The notes below the pieces were generated by a model. That model was not told where the DNA came from and did not search any database. It saw nothing but the letters and a program-made list of their open reading frames with translations. Made by a program: the position numbers and the translations under genes. From a bacterium (GTDB taxonomy: Bacteria > JAMCPX01), in the NCBI GenBank assembly GCA_037439545.1, contig JBBIVV010000012.1, forward strand, positions 1 to 58,080: DNA of 58,080 nt, written 5' to 3'. Positions 49,899-58,080 of this stretch are shown one piece after another. How positions within the stretch are numbered: the stretch's first letter is position 1; every line of letters starts with the position of its first letter.

Positions 49899-52427
49899 AT
49901 GAAATTTAAGACAAAAATAACACTTGCAAATTCCCTTATAACGCTTATAGCAGTTGCAACTATATATTTTGTTTCCGTCAATACCATTAACTTCACTCTT
50001 GAACAATTGAAAATAACCTTAATTTTTGTAGCCATAATCGTACCGATAGCCCTTACCATACAGTATCTTGCAAGCGTTAAACCTTTTTCTATCATAGAAG
50101 AATATTATGACAGAGCACACAAAAACACAATCAATGCTAAGTTTACCAAAATTGCTTTTTATACGGCGATTTATTTTCCGCTCTCTTTTATGACCGTCTC
50201 GGCGGTCCAATGGTATACTGCATCTGTAATCTTCTTTATTTTGCTGTATGCTTTCGCACACGCAGGGGCGACGACAGCGTTAAGGGTAACTTTTGCAATT
50301 GTGAGCGGTGCTACTATTGCCAATATCTTTCAGTATTTCGTCTATCAAAGGCTTACTGAACCAGTGATGCGGGACATTCAGAAACATATTAAAGAGCCAG
50401 ACCTTAAAATAAGAAAAAAATTGGGAATATTTGTCAAGATTTTCCTGAGTCTTTTCATCCTGTTTCTGTTATTTTTGATATTTATAAAAACGATCAGCAG
50501 TAAACTCACTGAAGATATATTAAGAGCGAATGGTATTGCGTCTGCACGCATAGAGCTTGCCACCTCTACTCCGGCCATCAATTCCCTGCTGTCGCAGCAA
50601 TTGACTCAAGAACAGATGGCAATAGAACTATCAAAGATTAAATCGGGCAAATCGGGTTACGTGCTTGTCATGGACAAAAATTACAAAGATATTTTCAACA
50701 TATCGAACAATTATGCGAATGCCCTGCCGCTGGATATGCTTGCAGGCAAAGATGTTTATAACGATTTTACTATCAACAGTACGTTGATTAAAATGCCTCT
50801 GAACGATAACCTCTATGCAGTGGCAGTTTACATGTGGTCCGATTATATGCCGGCACTTTCTGACTTTTCCGAATCCCAGAACTGGCTTCTCCTTACCATG
50901 GTGATCCTTCTTACGTTAGTTTCATTCTTCATTGCAGTCGATATGTACCTCCCGGTTAAAGCAATCGCTTCAACGGTAGAAAAGCTGACCACGGGCAATT
51001 TCTCGACTACATCCGGCCTCTTTGTCGAAGATGAAACAGGCGTGGTGGCAAATTCACTGCGAAAGATGATCGACAACATCAAGTCCGTTATAAAAATGAT
51101 AAAATCTGCAAGTCTGAATATTACGGAAATATCGGATACTATGATGAATTCCATAGATTTTACAAAAGATAATATACTCATTCTTGATAAAGAAGTTAAA
51201 ACCAATGCAGAGATCATTGTATCCGTACAAAATACATTAAATCAGCTTACGGAGTATATTGACGGACTGATCAATTCCATCAATGAAACAATCATCAACA
51301 GTGCCAATCTGGCCGAATCCGTCGACAGTAACAAGCATATTATAGCTGAAATCCAGACAGCGGTCGATACGGCCGTTTCTTCAGGTAATGACCTTTCGGC
51401 ATTGGTTACGAAGATACAGCATCATAGAGCAGGTAATGCGAGCAGTGATTTCCTTGACAGTTACGGTTATCTGAAAACTATAGATGTGAATAACGAAGAT
51501 AACGTACATCGGATAAAAAATACGATCGAGTCGATAGCGGGAAATGTAACCAGGCTTAACTCAGAGATGACTGTCAATTCACACTACAGGCAAAAAATGG
51601 GAGATACTTTGTATAAAATTACGAATACGGTCTCCACACTCGATGAAAATGTTAACAGAATAGTCGCTGACCTCAATAAAATAGACCTCGTTATAGACGA
51701 TACAAACTTGCTTGCAATGAACTCATCCGTTATATCGGCTCAGGCTGGAGAATCGGGCAGGGGGTTCGACGTCGTATCCGAAGAGATTACAAAGCTCGCA
51801 AATGTAACGCAGACGAAAATTTTGGAGGTACGCAGCCTGACAGAGTTGCTGGTAAAGGAAAAAGATACGATAATGAGCAATATAAAAGAAAAACGGAAAT
51901 TCATAGATGCAGCGGATGACAAGTTTAATCTGTTTGAAAGTGAAATAAGCAGTATTGCAAATAAGGCCTCCGATTTCAAACTGGAGTATGAGAATATTAT
52001 AAGAGGCGTAACGACCCTGTCTTCCGAAATTCATAAACTGTCATCCGATACCGTATCGGGTAAAGATACACAACGCATCATAACGACAAGGCTCATCCAC
52101 ATAAATAAAGGCATAACGGACATAAATAAACAGTCAAAAACACTTCGCCATGACATAGGACAGTTTACCGGCGAATGGTCTGCTTACTCGGAAAATCTTA
52201 TTCCGATATCCTCTACGCTCTCTGCAATAGCAGAACCTGCGAATATGATTAACGGTTATATGAAGGTCATCAAAAATAAGATCCTCGAGATACAGGGGGT
52301 ACTCGATCACATTTCGTCGACATCCCAGCAGCTCAACCAACAGCTCACGAGTCTCGACATAAGAACGCAAGTTGAAAAGATCGTGCTCACCATAAATGAA
52401 GAGCCAAAAAGGTACAGAGTAATATGA
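49899..52427 (+). CDS. Methyl-accepting chemotaxis-like protein 1 (multi-TM N-terminus, HAMP, MCP signalling domain)
   Basis: About 6 hydrophobic segments, Cache-like KSGYVLVMD, HAMP (EDETGVVANSLRKM), tip DTNLLAMNSSVISAQAGESGRGFDVVSEEITKLA. Confidence 0.8.
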   Translation: MKFKTKITLANSLITLIAVATIYFVSVNTINFTLEQLKITLIFVAIIVPIALTIQYLASVKPFSIIEEYYDRAHKNTINAKFTKIAFYTAIYFPLSFMTVSAVQWYTASVIFFILLYAFAHAGATTALRVTFAIVSGATIANIFQYFVYQRLTEPVMRDIQKHIKEPDLKIRKKLGIFVKIFLSLFILFLLFLIFIKTISSKLTEDILRANGIASARIELATSTPAINSLLSQQLTQEQMAIELSKIKSGKSGYVLVMDKNYKDIFNISNNYANALPLDMLAGKDVYNDFTINSTLIKMPLNDNLYAVAVYMWSDYMPALSDFSESQNWLLLTMVILLTLVSFFIAVDMYLPVKAIASTVEKLTTGNFSTTSGLFVEDETGVVANSLRKMIDNIKSVIKMIKSASLNITEISDTMMNSIDFTKDNILILDKEVKTNAEIIVSVQNTLNQLTEYIDGLINSINETIINSANLAESVDSNKHIIAEIQTAVDTAVSSGNDLSALVTKIQHHRAGNASSDFLDSYGYLKTIDVNNEDNVHRIKNTIESIAGNVTRLNSEMTVNSHYRQKMGDTLYKITNTVSTLDENVNRIVADLNKIDLVIDDTNLLAMNSSVISAQAGESGRGFDVVSEEITKLANVTQTKILEVRSLTELLVKEKDTIMSNIKEKRKFIDAADDKFNLFESEISSIANKASDFKLEYENIIRGVTTLSSEIHKLSSDTVSGKDTQRIITTRLIHINKGITDINKQSKTLRHDIGQFTGEWSAYSENLIPISSTLSAIAEPANMINGYMKVIKNKILEIQGVLDHISSTSQQLNQQLTSLDIRTQVEKIVLTINEEPKRYRVI

Positions 52428-54952
52428 AGCAAGCCAACCTTTTATTGACGATTTTATATTTTATCGGTTCAGTAATAGTGATGATTGTTTTTAGTGCCGT
52501 GCTCTCGACGACCTCTACGATAAACATACGCGACCACATACTGAACATCGTTATTCTGATAATTGTCTCTGTTTTCATTACCGCGATCTTTCACCTGGTG
52601 AATCCATCGGTACTTATAAAGATAAAAGATCTATTAGATGGTAATTACAATGATTCTTCCGTTAAAAGAGCGCATTTATTAGTGACCTACCCTTTCAGAA
52701 TAATACCTTCACTGATAATTACATGGTTGCTCGGCATGACAGTATACCTGTGTGCAGGTAATTTCACAACGATAATCGAAGTAAATAATATGCCTGTTGG
52801 GTTTTTGTTTTCATGTATATTTGTTTTTACCTTCGGCATCATTTCACAGATGTACTCATTCAAGATTGCCACGAACATATACGTCTCAAAAATGATAAAA
52901 AAGCTCGGGATATTAGAGCTGAGCAGTGTTTACATACCCATTCGATACAAACTTATAAGTATTTTATGTGCGATAATCGTAAGCGCATATCTTATACTGC
53001 TCTACGGTACTTACAACCAGGCTAATACCTATATACATGAAAACCTCTATTCAGATACCCTTCAGGCTGTATCTCATATTGCCGGCATCATCAATAAGAG
53101 CAGCGATCCGGACGTTGAACTGAAAGACTTATCGAATAAATTCAAGGGCACGTATAATATTTATCTCTATAATCTGCGGGATAAAACGATAAAAAGCTAC
53201 TCAAACATACAGATGGGCATGGATACGGTAAAACAATTCTACAGCCGGAATGTGGTACAGGACAAACGCAATGATCAAACATTACTTCTCTTAAACAAGC
53301 CTATAACGATAAACAATAATAATTATTACCGTCTTATGGTCGGCATAAATAAAAATCTTTATCGAACCCCTTTGACCGGTTTTTTATATAATTTGCTTTT
53401 GTCCGGAGTGTTCATACTTATCATCGTGCTCATAACAGGCATCCTTATATCGTATGATCTATCATCGCATGAGAAAAGTTTATCCGAATATTCCGTAAAG
53501 CTCTCGAATAAAGAGCTCACCCAAATGCCGGAGATCGTTTCGACGGATGAACTCGGATTGATTCTGAATAACATGAGAATGCTCGCGGCCAACTTCAAAG
53601 AGTCTAAATTCAGGATGTCAGCCGATATAGATTCCATGAACGGCATATTGACATCAACATACGGCAGCATAGCTAAAGTAAAATCTACAGTTTCGGAACA
53701 ATCAAAATTCACCGATGAATTAATCGGCATAATTAATTCCATAGGTGATGTATCGAAACAGATAATCAAGACAAGTACGCCTTTAAACGAGACGACGGTG
53801 AATAATAGCAGGAGCATCGCACAGGCATTACAAAAGAACAAAGAGATGGCACATCGTATAAATAATGCCTCAGGCCAGATAGCAAGAGCTTCGAGGCTGC
53901 TTTTAAGCAACATCGATACCTATGAAGATATAAGAAGTAATATTATTAAATTAAAGGATACTATTTCATCGGTAAAAAAGGCGTCGGGTTCGGTAAATTC
54001 AAAATCATCGGATATAAACGCTTTACTCGGCCGATTCCTGGGATCAATAGATGCGGTAAAGGCATTAAACACAAAAAGCATGGAGTTCAATAGCGACATC
54101 GAGGCGATCCTCGGCGAAATAATAAACATAACGGACAGTGTTCTTTCCCTGCTTTCGACATTCCTTACCCATATACAGCAGGCAGATGAAATGTTAAGCA
54201 TCATTAATAATATTGCCGAACGCACAAACTTGTTATCAGTCAATGCTTATATACTTGCTGCATCACCGCAAACAGAAGGCAGGAATTTCAGGGTAGTGGC
54301 GGAAGAAATCAAAAAACTTGCCGAAAGAGCAAGGACAGGATCAAAAAATATATCGAACTACATAACCAAAGTCAGAAGAAATGTCGATACCATCTTCCTG
54401 AATATGAAAGACATGAATAATTTTATACTGCTTACGAAACAATCATTTTACTCCATGAGTTTGATTGAAACGAGGATTCAGGACCTGTCCGTATCGACGA
54501 TAAACAATATCAGTATCAATGCGAAGCCCGGATCATCCGGTGATAATGATAAAAACCCAGCCGGCACTCCCATGATGGTTGCAGACAATTTCATTCAGGC
54601 ACTTATCGAGGACACATCTTCGGCGGTTACGATACTATCGGAGTTGAACAATATTTTTACAGAGTTGAAATCTTCGTTCGTCAGGATGTCGGAAATCAAT
54701 AGCGCCAATAATGTATCTCTGACAGCGATAAACCATTCTCTTGAGAATATAAAGGCATTTACGGGATATATTAACGACAGCCTTGCTATCGATGTAAACA
54801 ACCAGATACTATTCTCTGCAGATTCGGCAAAAGAGTTAAACAGCCATATAAAAAGCAATGAACAAACTATCGATGATCTGGAAGGCATTATCAATAAGCT
54901 CGTCGCAGAACTTGAATTACTCGATAAAGCCACAAAATTATTTATTGCATAA
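52424..54952 (+). CDS. Methyl-accepting chemotaxis-like protein 2 (divergent)
   Basis: Same architecture; HAMP (TDELGLILNNM), tip RTNLLSVNAYILAASPQTEGRNFRVVAEEIKKLAERA; ATGA overlap with protein 1. Confidence 0.8.
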   Translation: MKQANLLLTILYFIGSVIVMIVFSAVLSTTSTINIRDHILNIVILIIVSVFITAIFHLVNPSVLIKIKDLLDGNYNDSSVKRAHLLVTYPFRIIPSLIITWLLGMTVYLCAGNFTTIIEVNNMPVGFLFSCIFVFTFGIISQMYSFKIATNIYVSKMIKKLGILELSSVYIPIRYKLISILCAIIVSAYLILLYGTYNQANTYIHENLYSDTLQAVSHIAGIINKSSDPDVELKDLSNKFKGTYNIYLYNLRDKTIKSYSNIQMGMDTVKQFYSRNVVQDKRNDQTLLLLNKPITINNNNYYRLMVGINKNLYRTPLTGFLYNLLLSGVFILIIVLITGILISYDLSSHEKSLSEYSVKLSNKELTQMPEIVSTDELGLILNNMRMLAANFKESKFRMSADIDSMNGILTSTYGSIAKVKSTVSEQSKFTDELIGIINSIGDVSKQIIKTSTPLNETTVNNSRSIAQALQKNKEMAHRINNASGQIARASRLLLSNIDTYEDIRSNIIKLKDTISSVKKASGSVNSKSSDINALLGRFLGSIDAVKALNTKSMEFNSDIEAILGEIINITDSVLSLLSTFLTHIQQADEMLSIINNIAERTNLLSVNAYILAASPQTEGRNFRVVAEEIKKLAERARTGSKNISNYITKVRRNVDTIFLNMKDMNNFILLTKQSFYSMSLIETRIQDLSVSTINNISINAKPGSSGDNDKNPAGTPMMVADNFIQALIEDTSSAVTILSELNNIFTELKSSFVRMSEINSANNVSLTAINHSLENIKAFTGYINDSLAIDVNNQILFSADSAKELNSHIKSNEQTIDDLEGIINKLVAELELLDKATKLFIA

Positions 54953-54958
54953 AACTGC

Positions 54959-55774
54959 ATGCACATTTTTACCTCAGGAGGCATCGTTCTCAATAAATTG
55001 AAGTATCTTGAATCAGACCTGATCGCTACTATCCTGTTAAAAAATGAAGGCAAAATAAAAGCAATTGCAAAAGGCGGCGTGAACAGCAGGAGAAGGTTTC
55101 CGGGTTCTTTTGAGGTAGGAAACATTGGAGAGTTTGGTTTTACTGAAAAGAATCCTTATCAACTTATGCTTATAACCCATTCTAAAATAGATGATTATTT
55201 GATAAAGTTAAAAAAAGATTATGAGAAAACACTTATGCTCATTTATCTTCTTGGTTTGACTGATGTCATGATTCCAGAACATCAGCCGAACCCTAAACTA
55301 TTCGATACTCTTCTTGATTCGATTCAATTTCTTGAGCACAACAAACATCTGAATCAGGTAAGATTATTTTATGAGCTTCACCTATTAAAAATAAACGGAC
55401 TGCTGCACGTTGTCGATAGATGCGAATCATGCAAAACACCGTTCAGCAACATTAAAGACAAATCCCCCGACCCAAGCCCCGCTTGGGTACCTCGCCCCTT
55501 TACTAAAGAGGGGGGAGGGGGGGTTACTAACGTTAACCTGATAGTTAAAACCGGGAGATTTGTTTGCAGTTCATGCAAATCGGGAAGTGATGAAATTCAT
55601 TCTATGGAGATGCCATTGCTTGAAATCATCAAATCAACTGCCGGTCATGACACTTCTTTGCAAGACTTCTCGAACGTACGGATCCCTGCAGCTATATTTA
55701 GTTTTACTATGAGAATAATAAGCTCTTATGTCGACAAACCATTGAAATTATGGGAGATGATTAATACTATTTAA
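54959..55774 (+). CDS. recO: DNA repair protein RecO
   Basis: GIVL....Y.ESDLI...L...GKIKAIAKG...SRRRF OB fold; FYEL.LL..G; Zn finger CESC...CSSC. Confidence 0.9.
   Translation: MHIFTSGGIVLNKLKYLESDLIATILLKNEGKIKAIAKGGVNSRRRFPGSFEVGNIGEFGFTEKNPYQLMLITHSKIDDYLIKLKKDYEKTLMLIYLLGLTDVMIPEHQPNPKLFDTLLDSIQFLEHNKHLNQVRLFYELHLLKINGLLHVVDRCESCKTPFSNIKDKSPDPSPAWVPRPFTKEGGGGVTNVNLIVKTGRFVCSSCKSGSDEIHSMEMPLLEIIKSTAGHDTSLQDFSNVRIPAAIFSFTMRIISSYVDKPLKLWEMINTI
55460..55525. repeat. C-tract/G-tract palindromic element inserted in-frame in recO
   Basis: AAATCCCCCG-ACCCAAGC-CCC-GCTTGGGT-ACCTCG-CCCCTTT-ACT-AAAGAGG-GGGGAGGGGGGGTT. Confidence 0.75.
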
Positions 55775-55821
55775 AAATCCCCCTCTTTCCCCCTTTGCTA
55801 AAGGGGGAGGAAGGGGGATTT
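55775..55821. repeat. C-tract/G-tract palindromic element (intergenic copy)
   Basis: AAATCCCCCT-CTT-TCCCCCTTT-GCT-AAAGGGGGA-GGA-AGGGGGATTT, a near-perfect long hairpin. Confidence 0.8.
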
Positions 55822-55836
55822 GATTTATAGGGGAGA

Positions 55837-56760
55837 ATGGAAAAAATGAGCAGAGATTATTTAGATAATACCCAAATAGACCTTGAAAAACTTAAAGATG
55901 ACTTCTATGGCTGGAAGCCGCTTCAGAAGCCGCAGATTAAGATAGTTACACCGGTAGTCCTGTTCTTTATAACATTTATAGCAGTTATTTTTGCCGGAGC
56001 ATTCCAGTATGGAGTAAACCCGTTTACCGACATTTCGGAAGCATATAAAGGGCTGCCTTTTGCGCTTGTTTTAATGGCTATACTGCTATCGCATGAAATG
56101 GGGCATTTTCTCGTATCAAAACGCCATGATGTTGTTGCAACCCTGCCCTACTTCATTCCTGCGCCGAACATACTCGGAACATTCGGCGCTTTCATAAGGA
56201 TGAAATCTCCTATACCGGATAGAAATGCGCTTGTCGATATCGGGGCTGCAGGACCGCTTGCAGGTTTCATAGTTGCACTGCCGGCATTGATTATCGGTAT
56301 CAAGTTATCTCCACTTGTCCCCATAGCATCTTTAAGCGGCATAACATTGGGTGATTCACTGCTCGTCAAGCTCTTATCCTTTGTGATAAGACCTGATATC
56401 CCGGCAGGCTACGAAATCGGACTCAATCCCATTGCATTTGCAGGATGGATAGGCATGTTCGTTACTGCAATGAACCTCATACCCATAGGCCAGCTTGACG
56501 GAGGACATATTGCGTATGCACTCTTCGGTAAATGGTATAATGCCATTGCACGGCTGGCACTCATTACACTCGTTGTCATGGGAATTTGGGGGTGGGAGGT
56601 ATGGCTCTTCTGGGCATTGATTATCCTGATCCTCGGCATCAGGCATCCGAGCCCAATGGACCCGTATCAGCCTCTCGATACCAAAAGAAGGATAATCGGT
56701 ATAATCGCAATGATTATTTTAATAATAACCTTTATACCAATCCCCTTCTCAGGACTGTAA
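55837..56760 (+). CDS. Site-2 protease family (M50) intramembrane metalloprotease
   Basis: HEMGH, LPYFIP, GTFGAFI, AGPLAG, NLIPIGQLDGGH. Confidence 0.93.
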   Translation: MEKMSRDYLDNTQIDLEKLKDDFYGWKPLQKPQIKIVTPVVLFFITFIAVIFAGAFQYGVNPFTDISEAYKGLPFALVLMAILLSHEMGHFLVSKRHDVVATLPYFIPAPNILGTFGAFIRMKSPIPDRNALVDIGAAGPLAGFIVALPALIIGIKLSPLVPIASLSGITLGDSLLVKLLSFVIRPDIPAGYEIGLNPIAFAGWIGMFVTAMNLIPIGQLDGGHIAYALFGKWYNAIARLALITLVVMGIWGWEVWLFWALIILILGIRHPSPMDPYQPLDTKRRIIGIIAMIILIITFIPIPFSGL

Positions 56761-56778
56761 TAGTTTTGAAATACGGCA

Positions 56779-58059
56779 CTAAAAGATTGCTGAGACAAAA
56801 ACTCCGTTATAGAACCTGTTTGAATCCTGGAATATAAGCATCCTTCCGGCATAGCCTATTTGCATGGACTCAGCGGATGAAAGGTTAAATGCAAATCCTA
56901 TGGGGTACAGCAGGACGCTGGACGGCGTGCCGAGTATTGAGCTCGTATTTCCGGACACATTCCATATGTCCTGCATGTATGAAGGCCTGAAGCACAGGCT
57001 TGTACTTTCAGACAGCCCTATTTTAAGCAGTGCAGAAACGACAGGACCGTTTATATTATAGGTCGATTCTTGCAGGGAAGCTGATTGAGAAGCTGCCTGA
57101 AAAAGAGCCGACACAACGGGACCGTTGGTCTTACCCTGCAGTAGATCATTTATCATCTCGAGATCCCCCCAGCCGATACCGAACATAAAAGTATTTTTGT
57201 CTGAATGCAAAAAAGCATACGAAAGCAGGGCTTGAACAAGCAGAATTTGCTCATTTACGATAAATCCGCCCCCTTCAGCCGGTAATTGTAAGTTATTTAA
57301 GGCAGGGTATCTTTCAGCCGAATCCGAGTAATCTATCATCCCTGATACTACAAGTTTTTTGTCGATAAATACATCGGCATTTATACCGACACCACCGTAA
57401 ACGGAATCACCATCTGCACCCTGTTCATATACTTCTCCGACCATTAAATATGGACTTATGTAAAGAGACCTTTCGTGCGCTTTTTTTTGCCCTTGCTCAT
57501 TATGCTCGTTGCGGACAATACGGTTTATGCTTTTTTCACGTGACATAGAAATATGTTTGACGGCATGCGGAGTGTATCCGAAACTCGCAAGTCCGATAAT
57601 GTAGGGGCTCTGTGAGAGATATATATCATATGTATGTATACCTTCAGGCACATCGATGGGTATGGAATTTACCTCTGCAGACGCGTTGTATCCCTTAATG
57701 CCTTCAAATGAAAGAGTTGATCGCGTGGTCTTTGGAAACATGTACTGATTTATAAGATAATTGTCCCTTTTTATGAACAGCCTGAATCCTGGTAACCCCC
57801 CGTATTTTTCAGATATGGCTGTTTTAATATAAATGATAAGCTTTCCAGGACCCTTTGCTTCAATTTTTATGGGTATTTGCGGTGTAAACTCTGCCATGGA
57901 ATAAGACTTGCCGGCGCCTACTATGCGGAGAAACACATTTTTTGAGAGCATTTTTGTACCTTGTTGAGTATTATACTGCTGAGACTGCTGTGCAAAAGCC
58001 TTGAATGCTAAAAGACTCAAAAACAGGAACGTCATTAGTATTATCTTCCCTGGTTTCAT
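56779..58059 (-). CDS. Hypothetical exported protein, probable C-terminal outer-membrane beta-barrel
   Basis: Signal peptide ending AFA, SD AGGAGGAG, amphipathic beta-strand pattern, terminal ...GVFVSAIF with final Phe. Confidence 0.6.
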   Translation of the reverse strand: MKPGKIILMTFLFLSLLAFKAFAQQSQQYNTQQGTKMLSKNVFLRIVGAGKSYSMAEFTPQIPIKIEAKGPGKLIIYIKTAISEKYGGLPGFRLFIKRDNYLINQYMFPKTTRSTLSFEGIKGYNASAEVNSIPIDVPEGIHTYDIYLSQSPYIIGLASFGYTPHAVKHISMSREKSINRIVRNEHNEQGQKKAHERSLYISPYLMVGEVYEQGADGDSVYGGVGINADVFIDKKLVVSGMIDYSDSAERYPALNNLQLPAEGGGFIVNEQILLVQALLSYAFLHSDKNTFMFGIGWGDLEMINDLLQGKTNGPVVSALFQAASQSASLQESTYNINGPVVSALLKIGLSESTSLCFRPSYMQDIWNVSGNTSSILGTPSSVLLYPIGFAFNLSSAESMQIGYAGRMLIFQDSNRFYNGVFVSAIF

Positions 58060-58080
58060 AGTATCTCCTCCTTTAACCCC

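Overview
58-kb core-chromosome window from a Gram-negative bacterium. The gene order (split atp operon with two b subunits, mfd-PPIase-surA-pdxA, PEGA Ser/Thr kinase, paired multi-TM MCP-like genes) resembles deltaproteobacterial/Myxococcota-type lineages; this assignment is inference. Most genes are minus-strand housekeeping: BamB-like/TPR pair, livF, nadE, atpF'FHAGDC, acpS, two acyl-CoA ligases, uvrA, pdxA, mfd, apgM, an LPS-core glycosyltransferase cluster with four GT9s and an embedded radical SAM/SPASM enzyme, tRNA-Gln(CTG), methylmalonyl-CoA mutase large subunit, ligA, recO and an M50 protease. No intact transposase, prophage, CRISPR array or rRNA was seen. The three best candidates for novelty: (1) a tightly coupled redox operon (aconitase, Cys-rich small protein, GltD-like flavo-Fe-S protein with a fused ferredoxin and no NADPH-binding YRR motif, motif-degenerate flavoprotein, 2-oxoacid oxidoreductase alpha/beta); (2) two translationally coupled MCP-like proteins of exactly equal length (842 aa) with degenerate signalling tips and no che genes nearby; (3) several families of small palindromic repeats, some showing compensatory changes and some inserted in-frame in genes or supplying stop codons and SD sequences. 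All functional calls rest on motif recognition by eye; no database searches were run.
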